From: Aureliella sp.
Lineage (GTDB): Bacteria; Planctomycetota; Planctomycetia; Pirellulales; Pirellulaceae
Direction: 5' to 3'
NCBI GenBank assembly: GCA_963691875.1
Contig: OY829846.1
Span: 256,001 to 320,000, forward strand
DNA length: 64,000 nucleotides
Of this stretch, positions 51,842 through 61,387 are shown piece after piece. The notes under the pieces are model-generated. The model had not been told where the DNA came from. It was given only the letters and a program-made list of their open reading frames with translations, and made no database searches. How positions within the stretch are numbered: the first letter of the stretch is position 1; each line of letters opens with the position of its first letter. The position numbers and the translations under genes were made by a program.

Positions 51842-52543
51842 ATGGAGTCAGTCTCACAGGTACAAGATGCTGCGGCGCCCGGCGATGACACACTCCGCCG
51901 CATCGGCATCATCGATATTTTCGGTGCGATAACGGTCGTCGCTTTGCTGTTGGCGGTCTTTGCGCCTTGGCTAAGAGAGATGGAGCCGCAGAGAATCTGG
52001 TGGTTTCTCGGGCTCGCAGCATTGCAATGGTCCGTAGCAGCGGTGGTCTTCTTGATCCAGTCTTACCGAAAGCGATCCGTTGAACAAACGAGTGGCAAGC
52101 GACTCGGAATCGGTCATCAAACGGAAAGAAGGCATTCTTCTTGGCCCAAGGTCAAAACGATCATGACACTTGTCATGATCGTTTGCACCCAGCTGTGCAT
52201 TTCATTCACTGCGGCCACACTGGTAAATGTTGATGACGGTGCCGGAAGAATCTCTTATGTTTTTGCAATGAATAGTATTCAATTGGGGATGAGTACTGGC
52301 TGGGTCCTTTTTTCGCTCTTGTCGGGCATTTATAGTGCCGCGGCGCTGTTCTATGAAAACGGAGTAAGTTTTCGGTTGTCTAAGCTGCAGACTTGGGATC
52401 AGCTAGAACTCAGGCACTCGACTGTATTCGAAGGCAGAGTTGTGATCGTAACTCAGGGCCTAATGCAGGACACTTTGGTGTTTCAAGTGCCGACAGAACT
52501 GCGAGCAAAATTGATTGAGATGGGAAAACTGCCTCGGGTGTGA
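51842..52543 (+). CDS. Hypothetical membrane protein
   Basis: 233 aa ORF with about 4 hydrophobic segments. Confidence 0.7.
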   Translation: MESVSQVQDAAAPGDDTLRRIGIIDIFGAITVVALLLAVFAPWLREMEPQRIWWFLGLAALQWSVAAVVFLIQSYRKRSVEQTSGKRLGIGHQTERRHSSWPKVKTIMTLVMIVCTQLCISFTAATLVNVDDGAGRISYVFAMNSIQLGMSTGWVLFSLLSGIYSAAALFYENGVSFRLSKLQTWDQLELRHSTVFEGRVVIVTQGLMQDTLVFQVPTELRAKLIEMGKLPRV

Positions 52544-53046
52544 TGGATTTGTTCAGATTGCTCACAGCTTAGGTGAATCTGAGAGAGAGTTTGCTAGGTG
52601 CTGAGTTTGAGCAGACGCAGTTTAGTTGTGCCTTCGTGAGCTCTCATTCTAAGTAACATTCCGTGTGTTGTTTGAGAGTTGTCTGCGAGATGGTAGCAGG
52701 ATCGTAGGCAGAAAGTTCTCGCGGTTTTCTACTCACCAAAGGTAAGCACGGCCAATCGGGCAGGCAGACTATTGAGGTAAGAGTGGATGGAAAGCTCGAG
52801 TTGTCGGCGTACTAAGGTCCGCCCAAAATCAAAGAGTTCAACGTCAAAGGGCAGAGTATCCGGGGTTCGGCAGAAAAGGTTCCGAGGCGACTAACGCAGG
52901 TCGCGATGCAAGGAACGTCTAGTGAGTGGGGAACCGTGGTTCATCTCGGACTTTGCCAGGGTGAATCACGTATGAAGGATGAAAGGCTTGTGGAATGATT
53001 AGCGGAATGGCTGGAAGCGGAGAAAGAGTCAAACGCGAGCACGAAA

Positions 53047-53072
53047 CCGGCGCGTGCGGCTTGCGTTAAACG
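53047..53072. repeat. Possible planctomycete-type intergenic repeat
   Basis: CGCGTGCGGCTTGCGTTAAACG resembles repeats I recall from Pirellulaceae genomes; only one copy in the window. Confidence 0.3.
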
Positions 53073-53130
53073 AAACCACGTTATGCATTGAGGAAGGGCA
53101 CGTTCAACAATGCGGCTTGTTTTGCTCTGG

Positions 53131-54567
53131 TTACAAAGTCAGACCGATGACTTCAGGAGTGGATTCGGTGGTTTCGACGGTACCGAAAAGAGTGTGGCTG
53201 CTGGCGTCGTGAACAAGTACGGGTAATATATTGCCAGCTTGTCGTTCGTTGCCTTCCCATACCACGATGCGATCGCAGTTGGTGCGGCCAGTCATCTGTC
53301 GAATCGGACCTTGCTCGTCGCGTTTGACGGACATCTTGCTCGGGCCTTCGACAAGTACTTCCACCTTGTTACCAAGGAACTTCAGGTTGTCTTCTTGGCT
53401 GATGGCGTTTTGCACAGCGAGCAATTCGTTGTTGCGGCGAAGCTTTACGTCTTCCGGCACATCGTCTTCGTATAGGTCTGCGCCACGAGTACCGGGACGA
53501 ACCGAGTACTTGAAAATGAAGCTGTTCTTGAATCGGCAGCGCTCGACCAGTTTTACTGTCTGCTGGAAGTCATCCTCGGTCTCTCCGCAAAAACCAACGA
53601 TGAAATCGCTGGAAACCGATGCATCTGGAACGGTGTCGTAAATGCGGTCAATCATCTCCAAGTAGTCGGTGACAGTGTATCCACGCTTCATGCGTTTGAG
53701 TACTGCATCGGAACCGCTTTGTGCAGGAGCATTCAAGTAGGTCGAACACTTAGGAAGATCGCGAACGGTTTGCAGTAAACGAGGTGTCATATCCTTCGGA
53801 TAGCTTGTGACGAATTTGAGGCGTTCGATGCCGTCAATATCGTGGACCATCTCCAATAGATCTGCCAAACGTGTGGTCGTTTCGCCGTCGACGTACTTGT
53901 AGCTGTTGACGGTTTGGCCGAGGAATGTGATTTCCTTGCAGCCTTGCTCGGCGAGCTTCTGTGCTTCGGCAAAAATGACTCCAGGTGAACGACCTTGCTC
54001 TGGGCCTCGAGTCATTGGCACAATGCAATAAGTGCAGAATTTGTCGCAGCCGATCTGAATTCGCAGATAAGCTTGAAACGGCGTCGGGCGCATCGTCGGG
54101 TCACGAAGCGGATCGAAGGTTTCGTGGCTCCGGCGGATGTTTTCTTGCGAGCCATCTTTGCGCCCCAAGCTCACTGCCATTTGTCGGCCGTCGCCGTTGG
54201 CAACGCTGTCAAGTAATTCTGGAATTCGCTGCAGCTGTCCAGGACCGACTACGAGGTCGACGTAGGGGGCTCGGTCAAAGACGATCTTTTGATCCTTTTG
54301 AGCCATGCAGCCCATTACTCCGACGATGCGTTCTGGGTGCTCCATCTTCATTTTTTTGAGCTTGGCCAGATTGTTGTAGACCTTCTCTTCTGCATTCTCA
54401 CGCACGCTGCAGGTGTTGAAGAGGATCGTATCGGCTTCATCAGCGCAACCGGCCAGTTCATAGCCGTGTTTTCGCAAGTCTGCGACCACCATTTCGCTGT
54501 CCAGGACATTCATCTGGCAGCCCACGGTCTCGATGTACAGCTTCTTCAGTGTTTGAGTATCAGTCAT
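53131..54567 (-). CDS. miaB: tRNA-2-methylthio-N6-dimethylallyladenosine synthase
   Basis: TVGCQMNVLDSE; NTCSVRENAE; radical SAM GCDKFCTYC; SDFIVGF; YSVRPGT; TRAM domain. Confidence 0.96.
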   Translation of the reverse strand: MTDTQTLKKLYIETVGCQMNVLDSEMVVADLRKHGYELAGCADEADTILFNTCSVRENAEEKVYNNLAKLKKMKMEHPERIVGVMGCMAQKDQKIVFDRAPYVDLVVGPGQLQRIPELLDSVANGDGRQMAVSLGRKDGSQENIRRSHETFDPLRDPTMRPTPFQAYLRIQIGCDKFCTYCIVPMTRGPEQGRSPGVIFAEAQKLAEQGCKEITFLGQTVNSYKYVDGETTTRLADLLEMVHDIDGIERLKFVTSYPKDMTPRLLQTVRDLPKCSTYLNAPAQSGSDAVLKRMKRGYTVTDYLEMIDRIYDTVPDASVSSDFIVGFCGETEDDFQQTVKLVERCRFKNSFIFKYSVRPGTRGADLYEDDVPEDVKLRRNNELLAVQNAISQEDNLKFLGNKVEVLVEGPSKMSVKRDEQGPIRQMTGRTNCDRIVVWEGNERQAGNILPVLVHDASSHTLFGTVETTESTPEVIGLTL

Positions 54568-55096
54568 GTGCCGTCGTGGAGTTGGATGAAAGCGTGGCCC
54601 CGTCAGCGGCTTGCAATCGGAAAAATGGCTTTAATGCCGACAGTTTAGCTGGCACAAAACGGACAAGGGAAGCGCAAATGGCTCTTTGAGCAATCACTTT
54701 GCGTGTTTGGAGCGATGGCTTTGCCCGTGTGAATTGGTCCGCCTGCTCGCCGGATTCTAGAAGGAATGAGGTCTGATTCTGTCCTCCAAAGCGATCTCAC
54801 GTGTGGCAGTAAACGTAAGGATTGCCCGTTGTCCTGGGCCGTTTTAGTCGAAAAGCCTTTGATAATTGGATGGTTCGGCACATACCCCAAGGGCTGCGAT
54901 CCGTTCCGCAAAGTCGGCTTAGGGAGCGGAGTTCTGCCTGTATTGGGTGGAAAAGTAGTGGAAAGTCCAGTTTGCGGCTGCCGGATTTGGCTAGCCGAAT
55001 TATCAAAGATACAATATGCTGCCGAATGACAGCTTTTCGGGCCGATAAAAACGGTGTCAGGCACCTGGGCAGCCGCCAGCGGGTTACAGGGGATGA

Positions 55097-55326
55097 GAGC
55101 GGGACAGAAACTTGCTCCAAAGCATCATCTTTCCGTTCGGCGATTCGTAGCGCAGCGTCGTCGCCTGAACGGAGAGTGACGTCATTTGCCCAATTTGGGA
55201 AACCCAACATAGGCGGTAATCCGTGACCCTAGGGTGGATGCCTAGTAGAGAAGTCCCGTTTGCACTCGACTTCCTTGGTCCAGCCCGCCAACTTCGATAC
55301 GCACGCATGGAGTCGAATAGGTGCAA
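55097..55326 (+). ncRNA. Candidate structured RNA leader upstream of hpf/raiA
   Basis: A closing stem (55097-55105 / 55253-55261) encloses three hairpins and is followed by a stem covering the RBS and GTG start. Identified by manual base-pairing only. Confidence 0.35.
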
Positions 55327-55665
55327 GTCAACGTTTCTGCTCGCCACGGTTCTCTGACGGCTCTCGACCAACAGTTTATTCAGGAAAAGGCGGAAAAGGT
55401 CCGACGTCTCCTGGATCGGGTCAACGCGGTGGAAGTCACTGTCGACTTTCAGCACCAAGAGCAGCCGAGTGTTGAAATCAATGTTTCAGCAGAACATGCT
55501 CCAGAATTCGTGGCTTCAGCATCGGCTTCAAATGTCGTCAGTGCTTTGGACGCTGCTATCCAAAAAGTGGAAATGCAGCTGCGGAAGCACAAAGAAAAAA
55601 CAACTGATCACAAAGCTAGCGGGACCAAGCATCTTGAGCCCGTGGATGAACTGGAAGAAGAGTAA
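55321..55665 (+). CDS. hpf: Ribosome hibernation promoting factor / RaiA
   Basis: MQVNVSARHG; SALDAAIQKVEMQLRKHKEK; GGAG RBS. Confidence 0.9.
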   Translation: MQVNVSARHGSLTALDQQFIQEKAEKVRRLLDRVNAVEVTVDFQHQEQPSVEINVSAEHAPEFVASASASNVVSALDAAIQKVEMQLRKHKEKTTDHKASGTKHLEPVDELEEE

Positions 55666-55733
55666 GCCGCTAAGCGTCTTGACACTCTGCCCCAAAGGTG
55701 AATCCAAACTCGCATGAATTCAAAGGAAACCAA

Positions 55734-56210
55734 ATGAAGTTTTCGGATTTCGTAAGCACAAAATCAATCTGTGCTTCACTCCAATCGCATGACAAAGAAT
55801 CTGTCATCACTGAACTAGTTGATTCGCTGTTGAATGCTGGCGACATTAAAGCTGGCGACCGTGAAGACATTATAAAAGCCATCCTGAAACGCGAAGAGCT
55901 GGGCAGCACCGGCATCGGGCGTGGAATCGCAGTTCCGCATACGAAGCACCCGAGCGTTGACAAATTGGTCGGTACTGTTGGCGTTAGTGTCGACGGCCTT
56001 GACTTTGACAGTTTGGACGGTGAAAAAGTTCAACTTTTCTTCCTCCTGGTTTCTCCTCCCGATCGCCCAGGCGATCACCTCCGCGCACTCGAGAATATCT
56101 CCCGCCAATTGCGTGACGATACCTTCTGCCGTTTCTTGAAACAAAGCAAGAACACGGAAGACATCATGCAATTGCTGGAAGAAGCAGATAACAATCAATT
56201 CGTTTCTTAG
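55734..56210 (+). CDS. PTS EIIA component (Fru/Ntr type)
   Basis: REELGSTGIGRGIAVPH; FDSLDGEKV; HLRALENISR. Confidence 0.93.
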   Translation: MKFSDFVSTKSICASLQSHDKESVITELVDSLLNAGDIKAGDREDIIKAILKREELGSTGIGRGIAVPHTKHPSVDKLVGTVGVSVDGLDFDSLDGEKVQLFFLLVSPPDRPGDHLRALENISRQLRDDTFCRFLKQSKNTEDIMQLLEEADNNQFVS

Positions 56211-56431
56211 GTAGGGGCATGATTCGCTTCCGACTAAGAGACGCGATCTGCTGGTGCAACACTTTGATGTGGTCTCAGCTTTCACGCGGTTTTAGTCCTA
56301 AGCAGCCTTTTGTTTTTGAGACGTAGACTGAGTTCTTTTCAAATTCCTTCGCTCACTTGTGAATGCTCGGTTTTCAATTTTCGGAAGCCGGGTGTCTGCA
56401 TCAAACCTCAATCGATGGAAAGTGCTACTGA

Positions 56432-56734
56432 GTGTCCAGTACTGTGGAGAAGGCGGTGACCGTGGTGAACCCGATGGGTATCCATATGCGCCCCGCCGAT
56501 TTGCTCTCTCGGGCCGCTGGACAGTTTCAAGCTTCCATTGAACTTGAGAAAGATGGCCAGACGATCGACTGCAAGAGCATCATGAGCATCCTGACGTTGG
56601 GCGCTCGTCAAGGCTCGGAGTTGCAGATCAAGGCAGTGGGTGAAGACGCACAGATGGCTGTGCAAGCTTTGTCAGAGCTGTTCGAAAATGGATTCAATGA
56701 ATCTGACTCAGAAGTCCCTGACACTAAGCCTTAG
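56432..56734 (+). CDS. ptsH: Phosphocarrier protein HPr
   Basis: NPMGIHMRPA (His15); DCKSIMSILTLGA (Ser46). Confidence 0.93.
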   Translation: MSSTVEKAVTVVNPMGIHMRPADLLSRAAGQFQASIELEKDGQTIDCKSIMSILTLGARQGSELQIKAVGEDAQMAVQALSELFENGFNESDSEVPDTKP

Positions 56735-57082
56735 GCTCGGGGCGGGCGGAAGCCCTTTTGGAATAACGATACAACTAGTTGCTATTGAAGCAGCGTGTCG
56801 GTCAGCAAACTCATTCTATGCCTAACTTAGTAGGAAGAATTGCTCGTTGAGATGGCGGGCGAGTTTGCCTGGTAGACAACAGAAAATACACACCAAACAA
56901 CGAAGTCACTTGACTGTGCGTAGGGAACTCCTTTCATTGACTAGCACGCCAGCTGAAGCGGGGATGGAACTCACAACTGTGGGAATTCATTCTTCTACGC
57001 GATCATCTTGTTGCTGCAATGAATCCTTGGCGTCTAGCGCGCCACTGTGGAGCACGACAGTCCAAGTCTTCACCTCACTTTC

Positions 57083-58849
57083 ATGCTTGAACTGCAAGGC
57101 ATTGCGGTCTCACCAGGAGTTGCGATTGGCAAGGCATTGATTCTGGACCGTGAAGGTTACCGAATCACTAGAACGCGAATTGACTCTAACGACCGCGAAA
57201 ACGAAAAGCAAAGACTTCTCAAGGCAATTGAGGAGGCTTCTGAACGTCTCGCTGAAGATGCGCGCCTTGCACAGGCTCCTGCTGGATTGTCATCAGACGC
57301 TGTAAGCCAAGATATTGGTGCGATTTTCTCCGCACATCAACAGCTTTTGCTAGATCCCATGCTGCGTTCGGAATGGCTTCGCGATATCGATAGCCATTGT
57401 GTCAGCGCTGAGTACGCTGTATCGGCTGTGCTAAGTCGTTATGCCCAAGCGTTTCGAACGATGGGTTCGGAAACGATGCGCGAGCGAGTGAAGGACATTC
57501 GCGATGTCGAGTGCACTTTGCTGGAAGCTCTCGGCGGGGCTCCCAAGCAAGTCACAGGTGGCGATGAGCACTCGATCATCTTGAGTCATGATCTGACGCC
57601 ACGTGAAACGGCGAAACTTGATCCTCAACGCATTCTCGGTTTCTGCACGGAAGTTGGCGGGCCGAGCAGTCACACCGCAATCGTGGCTCGAGGACTAGAG
57701 ATTCCGGCGGTTGTTGGCGCTGGCCATTTTCTGCATCGCATCGATCGAAACTCTGACATCATCATTGACGGCTACCGAGGACGCGTGCTGGTCGGGCCTG
57801 ATGAAGATACCCTGCGATCGTATCGAGCGAGAATAGAGGCTCGGGATTCACGGGTGAAACAGCTGAGCGAGATTCGTGACTTGCCAGCGGAGACGCAATG
57901 CGGCAACCGGATCAAGCTGTTGGCGAACATAGAGTTTCCTCATGAAGTTGGCGCCTGTCTCGCTCGAGGAGCTGAAGGTGTTGGGCTTTATCGGACTGAG
58001 TTCCTTTACTTGGGTGCCGAAGAAGAGCCCTCTGAAGACGATCAATACCAAGCCTATCGCCAGGTGGTTCAGAACTTGGGCGGAAAGCCCGTTATTATGC
58101 GAACCCTTGACTTGGGTGCGGACAAAGCGACTTCTGTTTCCGATGCTGATCCAGAGAATAACCCATTTCTAGGACTCCGAAGCATTCGGTTGTCCTTGCG
58201 GCAGCCGAAGATGTTTCGCACGCAATTGAGTGCGATGTTGAGAGCAGCGCAGCTCGGCCCGCTCAAGATTATGTTCCCAATGATATCGACGCTCCACGAA
58301 TTGCGGACGGCACGATTGGTCCTGCGGCAAGTGGTGGATGACTTGAAGGAGGAAGGCCATGAAATTTCTGAAGTGATCGAAGTGGGTATGATGGTCGAAG
58401 TACCAGCTGCCGTGATGATGCTGGACCACTTCCTGGACGAAGTTGACTTTATCAGCATCGGGACAAACGATTTGATTCAATACACCATGGCCGTCGATCG
58501 TGGGAACGAGAATGTTGCGGATTTGTATGCCGGGCATGATCCCGCTGTGTTGCGACTATTGCGAAGTGCAGTCAACAAAGCGAATGCGGCTGGACGAGAG
58601 GTGAGCGTGTGTGGTGAGATGAGTTCGACGCCGATCACGGCGCTGACCTTGGTGGGGCTTGGTGTGCGTGCTTTGTCCGCGCCGCCGGCAGCATTGCCGC
58701 AAGTAAAGCAGGCGATTCGCAGCGTGACCATTGAGCAGTGCGAGCATCTGGCCGAGCGTGCTTTTGATTTTGATACTGCACGTGAAGTGGATGCATTCTT
58801 GCAGAGTCGCTTTGCGGAGTTAGTGCCTGAGATGTCATTGGGAGAGTGA
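57083..58849 (+). CDS. ptsI: Phosphoenolpyruvate-protein phosphotransferase (PTS enzyme I)
   Basis: GIAVSPGVAIG; SHTAIVAR (phospho-His); GLYRTEFLY; RTLDLGADK; SIGTNDL; VCGEM. Confidence 0.95.
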   Translation: MLELQGIAVSPGVAIGKALILDREGYRITRTRIDSNDRENEKQRLLKAIEEASERLAEDARLAQAPAGLSSDAVSQDIGAIFSAHQQLLLDPMLRSEWLRDIDSHCVSAEYAVSAVLSRYAQAFRTMGSETMRERVKDIRDVECTLLEALGGAPKQVTGGDEHSIILSHDLTPRETAKLDPQRILGFCTEVGGPSSHTAIVARGLEIPAVVGAGHFLHRIDRNSDIIIDGYRGRVLVGPDEDTLRSYRARIEARDSRVKQLSEIRDLPAETQCGNRIKLLANIEFPHEVGACLARGAEGVGLYRTEFLYLGAEEEPSEDDQYQAYRQVVQNLGGKPVIMRTLDLGADKATSVSDADPENNPFLGLRSIRLSLRQPKMFRTQLSAMLRAAQLGPLKIMFPMISTLHELRTARLVLRQVVDDLKEEGHEISEVIEVGMMVEVPAAVMMLDHFLDEVDFISIGTNDLIQYTMAVDRGNENVADLYAGHDPAVLRLLRSAVNKANAAGREVSVCGEMSSTPITALTLVGLGVRALSAPPAALPQVKQAIRSVTIEQCEHLAERAFDFDTAREVDAFLQSRFAELVPEMSLGE

Positions 58850-58852
58850 GTT

Positions 58853-59494
58853 GTGGATAAAACACGTTTACGCATTCGGTTTTCGAAACAAGGCGACTTG
58901 CGGTGGATCAGCCACCGTGACTTGGCTCGGGTGTGGGAACGTTTACTGCGTCGAGCCAATTTGGAGATGGCTTTTTCAGAAGGCTTTCACCCCAAGCCGC
59001 GAATTAGTTTCCCTTCGGCTCTCGCACTCGGTGTGGAAGCTCTGGATGAGATCGTTGAGCTTGAAGTGGTTGGGCAAGTTGCCCTGGAGGAAATAGAGGA
59101 AGACATTAGGCGAGAAATGCCTGAGGGCATGGAGTTGCTGGAATTGACGTCACCCGAGTACGGGTTGGGCAAAGCGAAGATGCTGTCGGCAGCGTATCGA
59201 ATTCCCGTCGATACTGAGCGTCACGTAGCTGTGGAAGAAGCCATCATTGCATTGCTTTCGCAGCCAGAGATTGTGGCACAGCGGGAGAAGAAAGAATTTC
59301 GGTTGCCTACCGATGCAGAGTTCCTGGCGATGCAAATGAATGGTGAGCATTTTGAGTTCACGATACCACATGGCCAGCAAGGTTCACTGCGTCCGTCCGA
59401 ATTGCTTGAGGCGGTTGGGCTGGGCGACCTGTTGGAGTCGGGCATTGTGTTGCAACGCATCGGTTTGCAACTGATGGAACCGGCAAAGAAATAG
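58853..59494 (+). CDS. TIGR03936 / DUF2344 radical SAM-associated protein
   Basis: RLRIRFSKQGDLRWISHRDL; FSEGFHPKPRISF..AL..G. Confidence 0.88.
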   Translation: MDKTRLRIRFSKQGDLRWISHRDLARVWERLLRRANLEMAFSEGFHPKPRISFPSALALGVEALDEIVELEVVGQVALEEIEEDIRREMPEGMELLELTSPEYGLGKAKMLSAAYRIPVDTERHVAVEEAIIALLSQPEIVAQREKKEFRLPTDAEFLAMQMNGEHFEFTIPHGQQGSLRPSELLEAVGLGDLLESGIVLQRIGLQLMEPAKK

Positions 59495-59597
59495 GGCACA
59501 GAATACAAGCAGGATCTGTTCGATTGCTTTTGCAAGTCGGGGGTATCCTAAATCGCGAATAACTAAACCGGTCCAGATGCGATCGAGAGGAGTAATC

Positions 59598-61259
59598 ATG
59601 AAGAAGGAAATGCTGATCAACGTTTCTCAGCCTGAGGAATGTCGGATTGCCATTTTGGAAGACGGCGTGCTGGAAGAGCTATATACCGAACGCGCAAGTC
59701 AGAATAACTACGCGGGCAACATTTACAAAGGCAAGATTGTGAACCTGGAGCCCAGTATCCAGGCCGCTTTCGTTGACTTTGGTGTCGGCCGCAACGGCTT
59801 TCTGCATATTAGCGATGTTGAGCCCCAGTACTTCCGCCAAGCTGGTTATGATCCGGAAGAGATCATGGACGGCAATGTTCCGGGCGCCGACATCGACGAT
59901 GACGACGACAACGATCGAGACAACGGGCGGCCTCAGCGCCGTGGTCGCCGCAACATGCGAAGCACGCGACCACGCTTCAAGCCTCCAATCCAAGAGATCT
60001 TCAAACGCGGTGACGAAGTGCTCGTGCAAGTCATCAAGGAAGGCATTGGAACCAAGGGCCCTACTCTTTCGACGTACATTTCGATTCCAGGTCGCTACTT
60101 GGTGCTGATGCCGGCACTTGGGCGCGTTGGTGTGAGTCGCAAGATTGAAGACGAAAAGCAACGGCGGACACTGCGTCGAACTTTGCTTGACCTGAATCCA
60201 CCAGAGGGCGTTGGCTTTATCGTTCGCACGGCGGGTCAAGATCGAACACGCCGAGAACTTGCTCGCGACATGGCTTACTTGCTTCGTTTGTGGAAGGTTT
60301 TGGTCAAGCGGGTCAAGAAGACCTCAGGGCCAACCGACATCTACGAAGAGAGCGATATGATCATTCGTACGATTCGCGATATCTTCAGCGAGGATATTGA
60401 CACGATTTTGGTGGACGAAAAAGGAGCTTATGAGCGAGCCAAAGAGTTCTTGAAGTTCGTGATGCCAAAGTACGTTGATCGCCTGAAGTTTTACGATGGC
60501 CGCGAACCCTTGTTCCACAAGCACGACTTAGAACGCGAGATAGCCAACATTCAGCGTCGCACCGTGCCGCTAAAGGGTGGCGGATCGATTGTGATTGATC
60601 CGACCGAAGCGCTCGTTGCCATTGACGTGAACAGCGGTTCTTTCCGAACAGATGATTCGGCCGAGGAGACTGCGTTTCAGCTCAACATGGCTGCCGCTAA
60701 GGAGATTGCGCGTCAGCTTCGTCTGCGTGACCTGGGTGGCGTAATCGTCAATGACTTTATTGACATGCGACGAGAAGGTCATCGTCGAAAGGTCGAACGA
60801 TCACTTCGTGATGCGATGCGACGGGATCGAGCGCGAACCAAGATCCTGCGAACAAGTCCTTTCGGCCTGATCGAAATGACGCGGCAGCGTATTCGACCGA
60901 GTCTGAAACGCAGCGTGTACGAGGATTGCCCTTGCTGTTCGGGGCGCGCTGTGGTGAAAACGGCAGAGAGCATGTCGATCGAGGTTGTGCGAGTGTTAAT
61001 GATGGCGTGCCAGCATCCGAAGGCGAACCGCGTGACAATTCGTGTCAACGACAAGGTGGCTGCTTACCTAAACAATCGTAAGCGTCGTGATGTGATGCAG
61101 ATTGAAGAAGATAATAGCGTGACGATTCAAATTTTGGGGAGCGAAGCGTTATTCCCAGAACACTTTGAGTGCGATTGTCGCGACAGCGAAGGTAACTTGC
61201 TTACCTTGAAGTTCCTCGAGGCGGAGAAGACGCGCCCCGCGCCGTCCACCCGTCAGTAA
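59598..61259 (+). CDS. Ribonuclease E/G family
   Basis: GNIYKGKIVNLEPSIQAAFVDFG; S1 domain; AIDVNSG; RLRDLGGVIVNDFIDM; EMTRQR; CPCCSG. Confidence 0.95.
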   Translation: MKKEMLINVSQPEECRIAILEDGVLEELYTERASQNNYAGNIYKGKIVNLEPSIQAAFVDFGVGRNGFLHISDVEPQYFRQAGYDPEEIMDGNVPGADIDDDDDNDRDNGRPQRRGRRNMRSTRPRFKPPIQEIFKRGDEVLVQVIKEGIGTKGPTLSTYISIPGRYLVLMPALGRVGVSRKIEDEKQRRTLRRTLLDLNPPEGVGFIVRTAGQDRTRRELARDMAYLLRLWKVLVKRVKKTSGPTDIYEESDMIIRTIRDIFSEDIDTILVDEKGAYERAKEFLKFVMPKYVDRLKFYDGREPLFHKHDLEREIANIQRRTVPLKGGGSIVIDPTEALVAIDVNSGSFRTDDSAEETAFQLNMAAAKEIARQLRLRDLGGVIVNDFIDMRREGHRRKVERSLRDAMRRDRARTKILRTSPFGLIEMTRQRIRPSLKRSVYEDCPCCSGRAVVKTAESMSIEVVRVLMMACQHPKANRVTIRVNDKVAAYLNNRKRRDVMQIEEDNSVTIQILGSEALFPEHFECDCRDSEGNLLTLKFLEAEKTRPAPSTRQ

Positions 61260-61330
61260 CTCGCCTGTAGTTGGATTCACTAAAATCCGACTACATCGCT
61301 TCAGAAAAATTCGAAATGAACTTTGTGGAC

Positions 61331-61354
61331 CGCCAGGAAAGAAGAGTCCTGGCG
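61331..61354. other. Intergenic hairpin / repeat arm
   Basis: CGCCAGGA-aagaagag-TCCTGGCG perfect 8-bp stem, no T tract. Confidence 0.5.
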
Positions 61355-61387
61355 AGTTCCGTCACGTTGACTTTGGACTAACGATCA

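Noticed and set aside
52544..53130. RNase P, tmRNA or other known ncRNA in a long intergenic gap
   Set aside because: No recognisable consensus (e.g. GAGGAAAGTCC). One frame looks vaguely protein-like with stops, but I cannot assign it.
54650..54665. Sigma-54 promoter (TGGCAC) upstream of hpf
   Set aside because: The -12 TTGC element is missing at the required spacing.
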